41,918 nt of DNA. Origin: Enterobacter phage Arya. The stretch lies in the sequence record KX231828.1. One strand, written 5' to 3'. The notes below the pieces were generated by a model. It was not told the origin of the DNA, made no database searches, and was given only the letters and a program-made list of their open reading frames with translations. The first letter of the stretch is position 1, and each line of letters begins with the position of its first letter. The translations under genes were made by a program, and so were the position numbers. Positions 41,836 through 41,918 of the stretch are shown in pieces.

Positions 41836-41918
41836 AAAAATGTGAGCCGTATCACCAAAAAGTGCTTGACATCGACCGACCGGACGAAATCGGCGGGTCC
41901 TTCCTGGCGGCACTGCCT

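Overview
The window reads as one essentially complete ~42-kb temperate-type tailed-phage genome, linearised just upstream of the terminase genes. Its last ORF (starting 41832) would run in-frame into bases 1-24 if the molecule were circular. It is a modular hybrid. (i) Lambda-like packaging and head: Nu1-like TerS, gpA-like TerL, gpW-like joining protein, gpB-like portal, and a single HK97-fold prohead-protease/scaffold/major-capsid fusion ORF. (ii) P2-like contractile tail: gpZ-like completion protein, baseplate V/W/J/I, a depolymerase-type tailspike plus a P2 H-like fibre with collar domain, Tfa, a glycine-rich protein at the P2 Z/fun moron hotspot, sheath FI, tube FII, chaperone E with a recodable E' extension, tape measure T, U, X and D. 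(iii) A plus-strand moron block (unknown 231-aa protein, ParB-like DGQHR protein, small ORFs) ending at a tRNA-Arg(UCU) gene and a 76-codon 3' remnant of a tyrosine integrase; no intact integrase was found. (iv) A leftward early operon under a cI-like HTH-S24 repressor whose catalytic Ser appears replaced: RecE-like PD-(D/E)XK exonuclease, Sak4-like ATPase, Xis/AlpA-like HTH, a TraR/DksA-like Zn-finger gene split by an in-frame TAG, SSB, and a SprT-like metalloprotease. (v) A rightward replication region: SF2 DEAH helicase, VRR-NUC nuclease, small coupled ORFs, P4-alpha-like primase-helicase. (vi) A regulatory/lysis end: DUF550 NTP-PPase fusion, AP2-domain protein, an array of 13 GGTSACC iteron-like repeats with AT-rich spacers (putative P4-type ori or activator array), a Mor/C-like activator, two holin-like membrane proteins, GH24 lysozyme, and Rz with embedded Rz1. 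Recurrent non-coding elements include a perfect 19-20-mer TGACACCCCGCACGAAGAA present four times (twice inside coding sequence) and a conserved hairpin-plus-leader cassette in front of three unrelated unknown genes. No CRISPR arrays, IS elements or rRNA were seen. My manual coordinates are good to about +/-2 nt and products are assigned from remembered family signatures rather than searches.
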